DNA of 64,000 nt. Origin: a virus (taxonomy: Duplodnaviria > Caudoviricetes). The notes below the pieces were generated by a model. It did not search any database, was not told the DNA's origin, and saw only the letters and a list, made by a program, of their open reading frames with translations. Within the stretch, counting starts at the first letter, position 1. Each line of letters opens with the position of its first letter. This document shows, one piece after another, positions 40,275-50,832 of this stretch. The position numbers were made by a program, and so were the translations under genes. The stretch is taken from IMG/VR virus record IMGVR_UViG_3300033121_000954, positions 63,037 to 127,036 of that record; one strand, 5' to 3'.

Positions 40275-40686
40275 AAACTGTTACTGTTTTAGTGGTTGGT
40301 GTTACTTGTTTGTAGTCTGTGTATTCACTGTCGGCGTATGAATCTTTCCACCCAGTAAATTCAACATAGAATCCTTGATCTACGAAATGAAATACTTTAT
40401 AGATTTCATCGTCTGCAACGATATGTGCTTCATTCTCCATCATAACATATTTTCCAATATATTCAATGTAATAATCGGGATGGTATTCAAATTTATATAC
40501 AAGATTATTTATATTGTTTTGCAAATTTTCATTTTGCAAAAACTCAATCATCGTTTTTGCTGTCTCAAACTTTTGAAACTTAGGTTGATTATCAAGTATT
40601 GCCTTCAGTTCGTCAAGTTTACTGGTCAAATTTGCAATTTCCAACCTCAATTCGTCGGAAGAGTAAGATTTTGTAATTTTGTCCAT
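40267..40686 (-). CDS. Hypothetical protein, tandem paralog family
   Basis: 'DSYADSEY...VTPTTKTVTVYE'. Confidence 0.65.
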   Translation of the reverse strand: MDKITKSYSSDELRLEIANLTSKLDELKAILDNQPKFQKFETAKTMIEFLQNENLQNNINNLVYKFEYHPDYYIEYIGKYVMMENEAHIVADDEIYKVFHFVDQGFYVEFTGWKDSYADSEYTDYKQVTPTTKTVTVYE

Positions 40687-41402
40687 GTTGTTTTGAATTT
40701 TTTTGTCGGAGACAGTTTGTTATAGTTTACAATTATGAATTTTGCCAACCAAAGTGGCGTTAATGCAAGTATCATTCGGTTTAATGCCCTGTAATACGCA
40801 ACGTTTGCTGGTTTATCACGCCATCTTTCAAACGCTAAATTTCCGCATTCCTCCATGACAATTTTTAGTTGGTCATCGTATGAAAGTTTTAGAAATTTTT
40901 GCTCGTCAATTTCAACCTCACATCCATCCTTCAGGATTTGGTGATACAATGGTTTATCATACCAAGCAAATTCTTCGTGCAACGTCTCGTGATCAATTGG
41001 ACAATCTATAAAATTATCAAAAAATTCATCAGATGTACTTTGAAAATTTGGAGTTTTCCTTGTACCATGAACGAGCGTCCAATAATCGTATAATTCGGTA
41101 AATAGTGGCTCAATCAATTTGCATCCCTTGTCCTGCAAAAATCTAACGTCGGCTATGTGTTTTAGTTGATTGATGTTCCAAAACAAGTGGCTACATTTTA
41201 ATGTGTATAATTGATCTGGAGATGGATACATTGAAAACACATATTTTTCCAATATTGGGTTTATATGCTGTTCAATGCGGTTTGGCGTGTTTAGGATTGG
41301 GTTAAATTCAGCCTCATTGGATATAACAATATCCAAATCCTTTGGTTCACGATAAAAGTCTGGAAACCAATGTTTAATCGCAGTTGATCCTATTACTATC
41401 AT
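40647..41402 (-). CDS. Pol-beta-superfamily nucleotidyltransferase-like protein
   Basis: 'IGS.A.......R.PKDLD' (GS...DxD) motif. Confidence 0.6.
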   Translation of the reverse strand: MIVIGSTAIKHWFPDFYREPKDLDIVISNEAEFNPILNTPNRIEQHINPILEKYVFSMYPSPDQLYTLKCSHLFWNINQLKHIADVRFLQDKGCKLIEPLFTELYDYWTLVHGTRKTPNFQSTSDEFFDNFIDCPIDHETLHEEFAWYDKPLYHQILKDGCEVEIDEQKFLKLSYDDQLKIVMEECGNLAFERWRDKPANVAYYRALNRMILALTPLWLAKFIIVNYNKLSPTKKFKTTWTKLQNLTLPTN

Positions 41403-41916
41403 TGTTCAGAAATTGTGTCGCCCTCGTCCGTTTCTTGTTCTTTAACGGACTTAATTGCAAATGCCATTTGCTGTTTAATTATTGGATTATTTCCAGTTGT
41501 CGCAAATTTGTCATATAACTCAACCATATCCTCGATGGAAAGATCGATGATTTCGGCCTCGCCACTAATAAATTCCAAAACACACCGATTTTCAGTTTCA
41601 ATATCTTCGTACATTTTGAAAATTGAAAACACTTCTTCTGCACAAAATGCCCGTTTTTGGATTTTGTCCGTTGCCTCAACTCCTGCTTGCAACGCAACAT
41701 CTTCAATTGTGATGACTGATCCGTCGTCTTTTTTGAGGTCTCGTATTTTGTCGTATCGTTCCTTTATTTCTTTTGGATATGTCCCGATCCAAACGGTTGG
41801 TAGAATTAACCAATTTTCACTCATGCTTTTATTCCTGTTTTTTAATTTATGACAAATGACGATCAATATCACGACGCACTTCTGATTTAATTTTCATTAT
41901 TGCGTCAAGAATAATT

Positions 41917-43776
41917 TTAATTACGTTCGGATTTTTCATTTTTCGGTAAAGGTACGGTAGGTGAGAAAATTAGTGGACGTTTAATATCATACACTTGGAC
42001 TTTTTCAGTTGCATTTAAAGTTGCCTTTCCAATTTTAAATGTCTTTACAGTGTCGTTTGATGTAGGAGACCAATAAAAATATCTTGATTTTCTTCCATTG
42101 CGAAATTCCAAGATGGTTATACCCGGAATTGATTGACTTTTAAAAAATGAATAGCCGCTTAATTGTTCAGTCAGCCATTTAATCTCGTAATACGCTGGCT
42201 TTTTTGTAAATTTAATTCCATTTTGTGGACTTTCCCCTAAACTAATTCCACATGATAGAAATAAATTTCCAGTTTCTGCATTTGTCTCATTTATTGCATT
42301 AAATATATGCGAAACGCTAATTCCGCTTTCTATGGCAATTAGATACGTTCTAACTGCCCACCATCCCTGTAATTGCTCTTTGGTATGTGATCCGTATGTT
42401 TTTGCCGATTGACACAACCAGATTGGAAGTGAGCAGGGCTCAGTATCCCATCCAAATTCACTATACCATATATTGCGCTTACCGACATTATCATTTACCC
42501 ATTGCCATAATTCTTTCAAGCGGTCTCCAATATGGTCTTCTTCTGGACTTACACCCGAACCATCCACAAAATTTATAGAATTTCCTGGATACGGATTTTT
42601 ACTATTTGTATAATGATGTACGTTAATTACGACATTGGGGAATTTTTTATCTGCCCTATTTGCCTTAAACCATGCGTTCATCCTTGCTAAATATGTTATA
42701 TCAATCGCAGACAGTCCACCCATAACTACATTCATTTCTGGGTCAGCATCTTTAATTGCATCATAAGCAGCACTTAACAATGCGGCGTATTGTTCTGGTG
42801 TATATTTGTGGAGGTCGTTCTTCCAAGGTCGGTCTGGTTCATTTTCAATTTCAATATACTGGAGCAAATTTAATCCTGATTTTTTCTGAGTGACTGGATC
42901 ATTTGTCCATCTCGGAATTTGGTTTACCTTTAATTTTTCATCTGGCCATTTTTTACTACCATACCTTGCAGCCAATTGCCAATAGTATTCGCAAATTTGA
43001 CTGTATGATTTTGGATCGGTTGGATTTGCATTTGGAGAATGTAAACGACGGTCTTGCCATTCCGGATCACTGTTAACTACATCATTTCCAACAATAAAAT
43101 CAGGAACTTTGTTTGGACAGAATACCGTTTTAATTCCTCTTTGTTTGGCTTCAGTCAGCCAAGTATCATAATTTCCATTGGCTTGTCGGGTTGGTTCAAC
43201 AGCGAGTCCATCCACAGTCCACGTCCATTGGATAAACTGATACATTCTATAATGTGTGCATGGGATGTTGTCAAACGGTACCCAATGGAATCCGTTTAAT
43301 CCGATGGAATTTGTCGTCCATGGAGTAATTATGGGAGGAGGAGGTGGTGGTTTTATTGTATCTGTATTTCCGTACACTTCAACCTCAAACATCGGATATT
43401 CGCCTTGAATGTCTGATATTTCAAAAATAAGTATTCGTGTTTTTGTATTTAACTCAAATTCTCGCCACGCCATAAACGCATTGAGTGGAGTGTTTACAAA
43501 AACATTTGCTCCGCTGAATATAGTTAAATTGGGACTTCCAAACCCGTCAAAAATACGAATCTTGGATATATTGGTTTCCTTGCCCAAATCAACAGAAAAC
43601 TGGACTGGATACTCGCCACTATTCCATCCCGGAAACCAGCCTGTTTGAGTATTGTCGTCAAATAAATTTTGAAGTGTCGCTGGCTGTCCTGAAATTATCT
43701 TACCGCTGATTGGTAATTTTTGCCCGAATGCAGTTATTGTAAAGAATAACAGAATTGGAATTAGTCGTTGTTTCAT
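41917..43776 (-). CDS. Secreted glycoside hydrolase (clan GH-A) with N-terminal F5/8C discoidin domain
   Basis: Signal peptide MKQRLIPILLFFTITAFG; 'NLFD...T.W...VDLG' discoidin; poly-Pro linker; 'ENEPD' acid/base and 'WYSEFGW' nucleophile. Confidence 0.8.
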   Translation of the reverse strand: MKQRLIPILLFFTITAFGQKLPISGKIISGQPATLQNLFDDNTQTGWFPGWNSGEYPVQFSVDLGKETNISKIRIFDGFGSPNLTIFSGANVFVNTPLNAFMAWREFELNTKTRILIFEISDIQGEYPMFEVEVYGNTDTIKPPPPPPIITPWTTNSIGLNGFHWVPFDNIPCTHYRMYQFIQWTWTVDGLAVEPTRQANGNYDTWLTEAKQRGIKTVFCPNKVPDFIVGNDVVNSDPEWQDRRLHSPNANPTDPKSYSQICEYYWQLAARYGSKKWPDEKLKVNQIPRWTNDPVTQKKSGLNLLQYIEIENEPDRPWKNDLHKYTPEQYAALLSAAYDAIKDADPEMNVVMGGLSAIDITYLARMNAWFKANRADKKFPNVVINVHHYTNSKNPYPGNSINFVDGSGVSPEEDHIGDRLKELWQWVNDNVGKRNIWYSEFGWDTEPCSLPIWLCQSAKTYGSHTKEQLQGWWAVRTYLIAIESGISVSHIFNAINETNAETGNLFLSCGISLGESPQNGIKFTKKPAYYEIKWLTEQLSGYSFFKSQSIPGITILEFRNGRKSRYFYWSPTSNDTVKTFKIGKATLNATEKVQVYDIKRPLIFSPTVPLPKNEKSERN

Positions 43777-44022
43777 TTGTTTCCTCAGTTGAAATTTATA
43801 TTTGCACATAGTGGTGCTGTTACATTTTCTCGTTTTCCATCGCTAACACCGATATGCAAGAAGTGGTTATCTTCACTCTTTTTAATAACCATCTTCCCCG
43901 TGCTCAGATTTATACGACGTTCATAGTCCATGCACAATGGGCATTTGAATACGATTTCATCGCCATCAATAAATGATGTGCATTGATGATGGATATTTGA
44001 TTGTAAGTTTAAAATCATAATG

Positions 44023-44105
44023 TGGGGGTGGTAGGAATCGAACCTACGCAGACTTGCGCCCTCGGTTTTACAGACCGCTCCAATTGACCGCTATGGGACA
44101 CCCCC
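44023..44105 (-). tRNA. tRNA-Tyr (GTA), CCA not encoded
   Basis: GGGGGTG/CACCCCC acceptor, anticodon loop CT-GTA-AA, long variable arm, GTAGG-TTCGATT-CCTAC T-arm. Confidence 0.9.
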
Positions 44106-44623
44106 ATTGTAATAAATGAAAATCTACTATCCGTTAGCCTCACGGGAATATTATCTCAAGGATTTAGCCCTTTCATTTGTTGATTGTGATGTTCATAAGT
44201 AAAATTTTTAAAAAATTTTAATATTGAATTAATCCGACTATCCATCTGCAAGCAAAAATTGCAAGTGATAGCCCAATACCGCATACCGCAACCATCGGGT
44301 CATAGTTTTCTATAACCGTTAAATATGCGGGCACCACAAATACAATAGTTGCGAGCAACCTCAGTCCATTTATTTGAGATTGCTGTTCGGCGTGTTTATT
44401 TGCTCGCCACTCGTCGTTCTCACGCCAATCTTCTGGTCCGTATAATTTGAATTTTTTTCTGTCGTTGGGACTATGATGATGAATGCTCATATTGAGTATT
44501 ATTTTAAAATTTGAAAATACCAAGTGAAGTTTCCTACTTGAACGCTTTGTCTTTGGATGGAAAGAACACCGTCCAAATCATTTGCAAGAAATTCGGCCTT
44601 CTTGTTTCTTTTTAATTATACAG

Positions 44624-44674
44624 CAAAGATACAATCGCAATCAAACATACTCCAAACTTTTCAGCGTTGTTAAC
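44624..44674 (-). promoter_or_regulatory. Early promoter module
   Basis: GTTAAC..TTTGGA..TATCTTTG. Confidence 0.7.
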
Positions 44675-44899
44675 TATTCTTTAACACTTGTAATTGAAAT
44701 TTTACTTTCTCAAACAGTGTATCAAAATCAGATTTTGAAATCTGTGTAGTACCATGCTCTGAAATCAAACCAGCCATTGTAAAAATGGACAATGGCTTTT
44801 CAGACACACACAACATTTGATTGGGGAGAACTTTAATGGAGCACAGTCCGTATCCTTGAAAATGGCTGCGATAATATGTGTTTGGTTGGAGGGTTTGGT

Positions 44900-45310
44900 T
44901 CATTGAAATTTTTGGCGTAAGAGTGATTTAACTAAAATGTTTGGTTGGACTTGGGGGTTATCCTGTTTAAATTCTTCATACGGTACTTTGAAATAGTCGC
45001 TCAATACTTCGGCCACAGCACCACTCCGACATTTGCCCATCGTGCAATGGATAAAAAAAGCCTTTTTTTCGGCATTTTTTTGAGTAAATTGCCAAATTTT
45101 TGATGCCATTTCCTCTGTGAATGAGGATGTTGTAGTTTCATCAACATCATCAAATCTTAGGTTCAAATAATTATCAGATGTTGGTTGAAATTCAACAAAC
45201 AGTGGATCAGTTTCATTTATTGAAATAAACGCGGATTGTCGTTTTTCTTCGTCAGTCAGAACATCCAATAACTGCGAAAATTTGGTTCGTGGAAGTGCGT
45301 ATATTTTCAT
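44900..45310 (-). CDS. Cys-based protein tyrosine/dual-specificity phosphatase
   Basis: 'IHCTMGKCRS' (HCx5R) and 'L.FDD'. Confidence 0.85.
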   Translation of the reverse strand: MKIYALPRTKFSQLLDVLTDEEKRQSAFISINETDPLFVEFQPTSDNYLNLRFDDVDETTTSSFTEEMASKIWQFTQKNAEKKAFFIHCTMGKCRSGAVAEVLSDYFKVPYEEFKQDNPQVQPNILVKSLLRQKFQ

Positions 45311-45596
45311 TTATAGATTCTCCTTTTCATTATTCGTATATTATCATAATTTATCTGATACCATATCCAACCAGCAAATGATATGTAAAGTATTAGAGAC
45401 GAAATGCAAGTTAAAATATCAAATGGGCGCATGAGTTACTTGTCCAATTTTAGTCGTCGTGTATGTGGATGCGTCAGTATTTAACACCAAGTTTTTTATC
45501 TTCTCCAATGACGTTCAATACTAATGAAAATGTTGGTTGTTCGTATCTTCCTTTATAATAAATTGTAGTGTTTTATATATCAAATTTTTGGCACTT

Positions 45597-46007
45597 TTAA
45601 TCAATTAGTGCTGGAATTTGGCGCGAGTACTCACTCGGTATTCTACCTATCATGCGACCAAGCCATCTTTCATATTCAAACGCAAGTTCATCTGCCATTT
45701 CTATGGCAAACATATCTGCGAATATTTCAAGTTGATATTCTGAACACGTTTTGTAAACATCCGTGCCAAGTTGTAACCATGTCAAATGATGACCGAGTTC
45801 GTGCAAGAATACTGCAAATCCCTCCTTCTGCCCAATTTGATTGGTTAGTGTTATTCTCTTGCCGATGGAATAAATTCCACGACAATTTCTACCATTACTC
45901 GTCATCCCGCCTTTACAAATGCCGATGGAAATTGCATCAAAATCCACAGCAGGAGCAATACTTTTTGCTCGGTTAATATACTGGCGAACGTGTGAGATGG
46001 TAATCAT
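45597..46007 (-). CDS. ImmA/IrrE-like zinc metallopeptidase
   Basis: 'LHELGH' and 'E..AD.FA'. Confidence 0.7.
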   Translation of the reverse strand: MITISHVRQYINRAKSIAPAVDFDAISIGICKGGMTSNGRNCRGIYSIGKRITLTNQIGQKEGFAVFLHELGHHLTWLQLGTDVYKTCSEYQLEIFADMFAIEMADELAFEYERWLGRMIGRIPSEYSRQIPALID

Positions 46008-46034
46008 AATCGTCGTTTTAATTACAGTACAAAG

Positions 46035-46655
46035 TTACACATGATGGTCATCAGTTCCAACATAAACTCTATCAGTTAACATTTCAATAACATCTGTGAG
46101 TTTATATGGCTTCAAATCATTGCCATCCATCCCAACATCCATTTTACGGCCATTTCCAAATCGTCGGTCACCTTTCCAGTGTTGATGTCCGTGTAAATGG
46201 ATCGCATCGCGCTTTAGATTATTCCAACTGTTTATGTCAAAATGGAATAATACAAATTTAAATTCACCGACTTCCAATTCCAAATAGTCTTGATGACTTG
46301 TGAAACAATGCGACACAATCCCATTTTTAATGTGATGATCGTGATTTCCGTGGATACAGTGGATGATTTGGCAGTTTAGTTGATTTCTAAAAATTTCAAT
46401 ATTTTGTTTACCACCAAAACTCCAATCTCCCAAATGGAACAAGATGCCATCTGTCGGTACGATTGCATTGATATTGTCCACGACCGCCCGATTCATTTCT
46501 TCAAGTGTGTCAAAATCTCGGACACCAAGAATGTTTCCCTCAACATCTTTGCGAGTTAAATCCCATTGGGAAACGCCACGACAGATGTTTTGATGCCCGT
46601 AATGAGTATCGCTGGTGACGAATATTTTATCAAGCAGGTCTTTATTTAATTTCAT
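46035..46655 (-). CDS. Calcineurin-like metallophosphoesterase
   Basis: 'SDTH', 'LGD', 'GNHD', 'HGH.H'. Confidence 0.9.
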   Translation of the reverse strand: MKLNKDLLDKIFVTSDTHYGHQNICRGVSQWDLTRKDVEGNILGVRDFDTLEEMNRAVVDNINAIVPTDGILFHLGDWSFGGKQNIEIFRNQLNCQIIHCIHGNHDHHIKNGIVSHCFTSHQDYLELEVGEFKFVLFHFDINSWNNLKRDAIHLHGHQHWKGDRRFGNGRKMDVGMDGNDLKPYKLTDVIEMLTDRVYVGTDDHHV

Positions 46656-47332
46656 TTCACTTTTATTTTATTTGTCCGTAACCAGACATTTTCAAATACG
46701 AATTCGTACAAAGGTAAATTACATTCTCTCAATTTCCAAAATAATTCTAAACTTTTTCCAGAATTTATTTTGAACATTTTGATCATTTCATCCACTAATT
46801 TATCAATTCGCAAATTTGCAAAATTTGATTTACAAATTGCTTGCCAAACACTGTCATCAATTTCAAATCCTAACTGAATACAAAAGCGAAATGCTCTAAA
46901 TATTCTGACGGAATCGTCCTGAAATACACGGTTTGGATCAATTGGGCATTTGATTATTTTGTTTTCAATATCGTCACGTCCATCAGAAATATCAATTATA
47001 CTACCAAATTCATCAATCGCAAGTGCATTCATTGTAAAATCTCTTCTCAGTAAATCATTTTGTAAATCACTTGTCATTCCATCATATCCGACTGATAATA
47101 CAAAATCCGAAATCAATTTTGAATCTGGAAATTTGCTGCGAATTGTGAATCGCTCAGGGATTGTTGTGAATATTTTGTATCCCTGATTAGTCAATTCCTG
47201 TTGCAATTCATCAAATGCTAAATTTGCGGGCATTTTATCTGAAATGACCACTGTGTAATCAATATCAGTTGAACTTCGTCCAATTAATTGATCACGGACG
47301 CATCCACCTACTTTGTAGAGTTCAAAATTCAT
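46652..47332 (-). CDS. Class II tRNA nucleotidyltransferase / poly(A) polymerase head domain (short)
   Basis: 'VGGCVRD', 'DID', 'DLLRRDFTMNALA', 'DDSVRIFRAFRF'. Confidence 0.85.
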   Translation of the reverse strand: MNFELYKVGGCVRDQLIGRSSTDIDYTVVISDKMPANLAFDELQQELTNQGYKIFTTIPERFTIRSKFPDSKLISDFVLSVGYDGMTSDLQNDLLRRDFTMNALAIDEFGSIIDISDGRDDIENKIIKCPIDPNRVFQDDSVRIFRAFRFCIQLGFEIDDSVWQAICKSNFANLRIDKLVDEMIKMFKINSGKSLELFWKLRECNLPLYEFVFENVWLRTNKIKVK

Positions 47333-47934
47333 TAGCCTAATTTTTTACAGACAATTTCATATAAGACTTCATGGAATGATTTGCCTTGTTTGATAAAGTC
47401 AAGATAATCATATAAATTGTCCAATTCATCAAATGTTTTGCTAATCAGTGGATAAAGCGCAATTTCACAGTATCGTCTATTCAATGCCGTGTTCTCGGGA
47501 TCAGACAATCTATCACTTTTCCGCAATTTAATGGAAGTCAATAAATCTGACAGGTTCATGAAATCATATGGTTTACTTGGAATGACTATTGAATCAAAAT
47601 TGTCAAGTACCATTTTCATTACATATTTGCAACACTCTGATTTGTCCATACTATGAGTTATCTCCTCTAAATTGTGATGTAATGTTACGTTCAAATTCTA
47701 TCCAATCCAAATCATTTCCAAATTTTCGCATTTTACCATCTCTACAGATAGCAATACCAAGGCCATCCTCTCCGTATTTTTCCACAGTACCAGCAATTGC
47801 GAACAAATAAACACTCATAAAGTTTGGTCGTATTTGTCTAAATTCCGGTTCGTCTTTCATATAGAGGAAGAATTTTTCGGTAAATTCTTCGTTTGTAATT
47901 TCGTGCCAATTTGTGGGACACCGGTTGAATTTGT

Positions 47935-49026
47935 TCATATCTTTTTAAATCGCGGTTTGATAAAATTCCAAATATACTTTGAATAATCTTTTCCATCTAA
48001 CATCGCAAAGATAATGGAGCGATTAGTATTATTTGGTATTTTTTTGCATATTTCAGCAAACTTTTTTCTACTTGAATCACACCCAACCGCCATTCTTACC
48101 AAATCAAACTGTGCCTTTGCAGTCCGCTCAATAAGTTTGTAGTGATTAATTAACGATTGTTCACATTTACGAACTTTGTCATAAAATTCATCAGGTACAT
48201 CTTGCAAAATGGAACTAACTGGTTGACCACTTTGAAGTGCTTCCCAAATTGCGGTGGTGGAAAGGTTAGTCATTGCACGATGTAATCTAATGTAATCTTG
48301 AAATTTAATTTTACACCGCTGCCCATTGCTAAATTTTACAACAAACCCTTCACTGTTCGGCCAAATTAGTTGTTTGATGTTGGTATAGTCAAGTCCATCG
48401 TATTTTTTAGCTGATTTGGGAATTTTTAAGGTTTCGCTATCATCATCTATTGACAAGTCCTTCCAACCTTCTTTCCCATCATTGCGAAAGAGTCCAGTAC
48501 AAATCAATTCTGGTTCTGGATAAGATACGACAATTTGCTCAAATCCAACAAGTTCAAAACAATGAGTAATTTCAAATGATTCGTAGTAACAACCACACTC
48601 TTTGAAAACCGGATATTTCTCATCCAAAATCCGTTTGGCTTCAACTGCGTATTTGCTGGTGAATGAACCACGGGAATTTACAATCATTTCTCCACCATAC
48701 CAGAAACATCCAATGTACTGTCCGTCTAATTTCTCAAATACTTCAAAATCGTTAGTTGGCGTATGTCTTTTTTCTTCAATATTCCAGAATTTGTTAAATC
48801 CTCTGGAAACTATGTGACCATCATCATGGACAACTAATCCACGACACTGCACAGTTACATCGTCCCACATTTCACTGTATTGACATTCTGGAGTATAATT
48901 CCAGATTGATAATGGGAGAGTGGGATGTCTTTGAGAACAGACCAATCTACGTTGTTCGTAATCTTTTAAAATTTGTAACATGTTAATATCGTATTTGGTC
49001 TTGCCAGTTACTTCCACGATTGGCAT
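47935..49026 (-). CDS. T4 Rnl1-type RNA ligase
   Basis: 'CRGL', 'FNKFWN', 'EKLDG' adenylation motif, 'SRGSF', 'EGFVV', 'KIK...Y'. Confidence 0.9.
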   Translation of the reverse strand: MPIVEVTGKTKYDINMLQILKDYEQRRLVCSQRHPTLPLSIWNYTPECQYSEMWDDVTVQCRGLVVHDDGHIVSRGFNKFWNIEEKRHTPTNDFEVFEKLDGQYIGCFWYGGEMIVNSRGSFTSKYAVEAKRILDEKYPVFKECGCYYESFEITHCFELVGFEQIVVSYPEPELICTGLFRNDGKEGWKDLSIDDDSETLKIPKSAKKYDGLDYTNIKQLIWPNSEGFVVKFSNGQRCKIKFQDYIRLHRAMTNLSTTAIWEALQSGQPVSSILQDVPDEFYDKVRKCEQSLINHYKLIERTAKAQFDLVRMAVGCDSSRKKFAEICKKIPNNTNRSIIFAMLDGKDYSKYIWNFIKPRFKKI

Positions 49027-49372
49027 TGTACCTTGTCTCTGTCGGGGTTGTGTTGGTTGCGATGATTATGGCAAATAGTATTGCCGCAATTACGCCACAC
49101 CAAATTTTCAAGGCTGCAAATTTTTTGGGAGAATAGATTTGCACTATTTCCGTCTTCTCCCGATTAAACATAATAGTGATGTTTTTGGTCGTATCGCCCA
49201 TTATACCATAATCGCTTGGCAAACAATTGACAATATAAGTCTGCCCATTCATATTAAAGGACACTTTGCCATTTTGAAATGTTGGGTTAGAAACCTTCCC
49301 CTCAATTTGTGTCGGGGCATTGCTGCTGCACGAAGCAAGCAGAAAAATTGCAAAAAATAGTAATTTGTTCAT
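48983..49372 (-). CDS. Putative lipoprotein
   Basis: Lipobox LLASC after a hydrophobic signal; C-terminal TM. Confidence 0.6.
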   Translation of the reverse strand: MNKLLFFAIFLLASCSSNAPTQIEGKVSNPTFQNGKVSFNMNGQTYIVNCLPSDYGIMGDTTKNITIMFNREKTEIVQIYSPKKFAALKIWCGVIAAILFAIIIATNTTPTETRYNANRGSNWQDQIRY

Positions 49373-49783
49373 AATGAAATTGGTAAAATTTTAGATTCTT
49401 TACATAACCGAAATAGATCAACGCCTTCGCCGAACGGACGTTCGTTTATAAACTCTTCCACAATGTAAAGTTTTTGAATGTTTCCTCCGAACCATAATTT
49501 ATCGCCGAGTTCAACAATTACATATTGAAAGCCTGACGTAGTTGTTAGATTCTTATTCATTTGGGAATGAATTGCGGGGATATTCGTATTGTTAGAGTTT
49601 GTATTCACAGATTATTCATCCGATCATGCCAATCTGCATCATTTTTGGCATAAAATTGTGATTGACGATGATAATAGATTACGATGCCAATCAAACAGGC
49701 GATCAATAGTAAAATCATGTTAAAAAAAATAATGGTTAGAATTCAATTTTCATTCCTTGAAAATCCGATACAATTTCTTGTCA

Positions 49784-50818
49784 TTAACAAATCATTTGCC
49801 TTACTTCTAAAATCAAGTCGTGTTTAAAATCCAAACTCACCGTGTCTGGTAGATTTGATTGTTTAAACAATTCGTCCATTTTTGCAATCTTTTTTTCACA
49901 TTGCTCAATTATTTCGTTTAAATCACATTCCCCTTTTCTAATTTTCAACAATTCGGCCGCATTTGGTCTAAACACGGTCAAATTGCCAGTTTCTGCAATT
50001 TCCAAAGCACAGTCAATCAATCTTACACAGTGCATAATATTCTTGCTGTCAATTTGCTGACCTGCCGTCATAGTGTCAACATACCGTGACTCGTTTCTAT
50101 TTTCCAACCATCCTACATATTCTCTGTATTCTTTACAGTGGATTGAATATGCGTCTTTGTTGAAGTACATAATCCCAATACAGAGTTCATTTTTTGGAAT
50201 TGAACTTAGCCGGACATCGTTTGAATCTTCCCCAGCAATGCCTTTATATTGATAAGTTGAGTTATGGTCATAATACATCCCATAACAGCCGGGCATTTTA
50301 TCCAATTTAGTCAACCCGATATATTCATGTTTAAACCCTTTCTTACTTAGCCAATCATTCAATGCAGTGGTATTTCCGGAAGTGGGAAGGAATACAGTAC
50401 AAAAATCCAAAATGCCCTTCCTTTCAATCCGCTCCCTTTCCCAGTTCATTTTTTTATTGAGTCCCTTTGCCTTTTTAATCTGGGCGACTGCATATCCACC
50501 AAAACTGTTTGCACAGTTTTTAGTAAGAAATTTATGCCGCTGGTCGCGAATTATTTGAAAGGACGGATCAATATGTTTAATGAACCGTCCATCCACGAAC
50601 AGCATTTCAAGGACTGTTGGGTTCGCACTTCCCAACAAATCAATAAATCTACGGACTTCGTAAAAGGTTGTGTCTTTGTCAATATTTCTCTGTTCTTGGT
50701 ATTTTAAACCAAGAATGTCAGAGTTTGGTTGACGGTACACGCCTTTAATGTCAACGTCGCTGGTTGGTAGGTTGGTTCCGTATGCAGTGGAACCGATTAT
50801 ACATTCAAAAATGTTCAT
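49784..50818 (-). CDS. Pol-beta nucleotidyltransferase (YcgL/RlaP-like)
   Basis: 'GSTAYGTN..TSDVDIKGVY', 'NPTVLE.L', 'KN.MH.VRL', 'LL.IR.G'. Confidence 0.85.
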   Translation of the reverse strand: MNIFECIIGSTAYGTNLPTSDVDIKGVYRQPNSDILGLKYQEQRNIDKDTTFYEVRRFIDLLGSANPTVLEMLFVDGRFIKHIDPSFQIIRDQRHKFLTKNCANSFGGYAVAQIKKAKGLNKKMNWERERIERKGILDFCTVFLPTSGNTTALNDWLSKKGFKHEYIGLTKLDKMPGCYGMYYDHNSTYQYKGIAGEDSNDVRLSSIPKNELCIGIMYFNKDAYSIHCKEYREYVGWLENRNESRYVDTMTAGQQIDSKNIMHCVRLIDCALEIAETGNLTVFRPNAAELLKIRKGECDLNEIIEQCEKKIAKMDELFKQSNLPDTVSLDFKHDLILEVRQMIC

Positions 50819-50832
50819 AATAATAATTTTTG

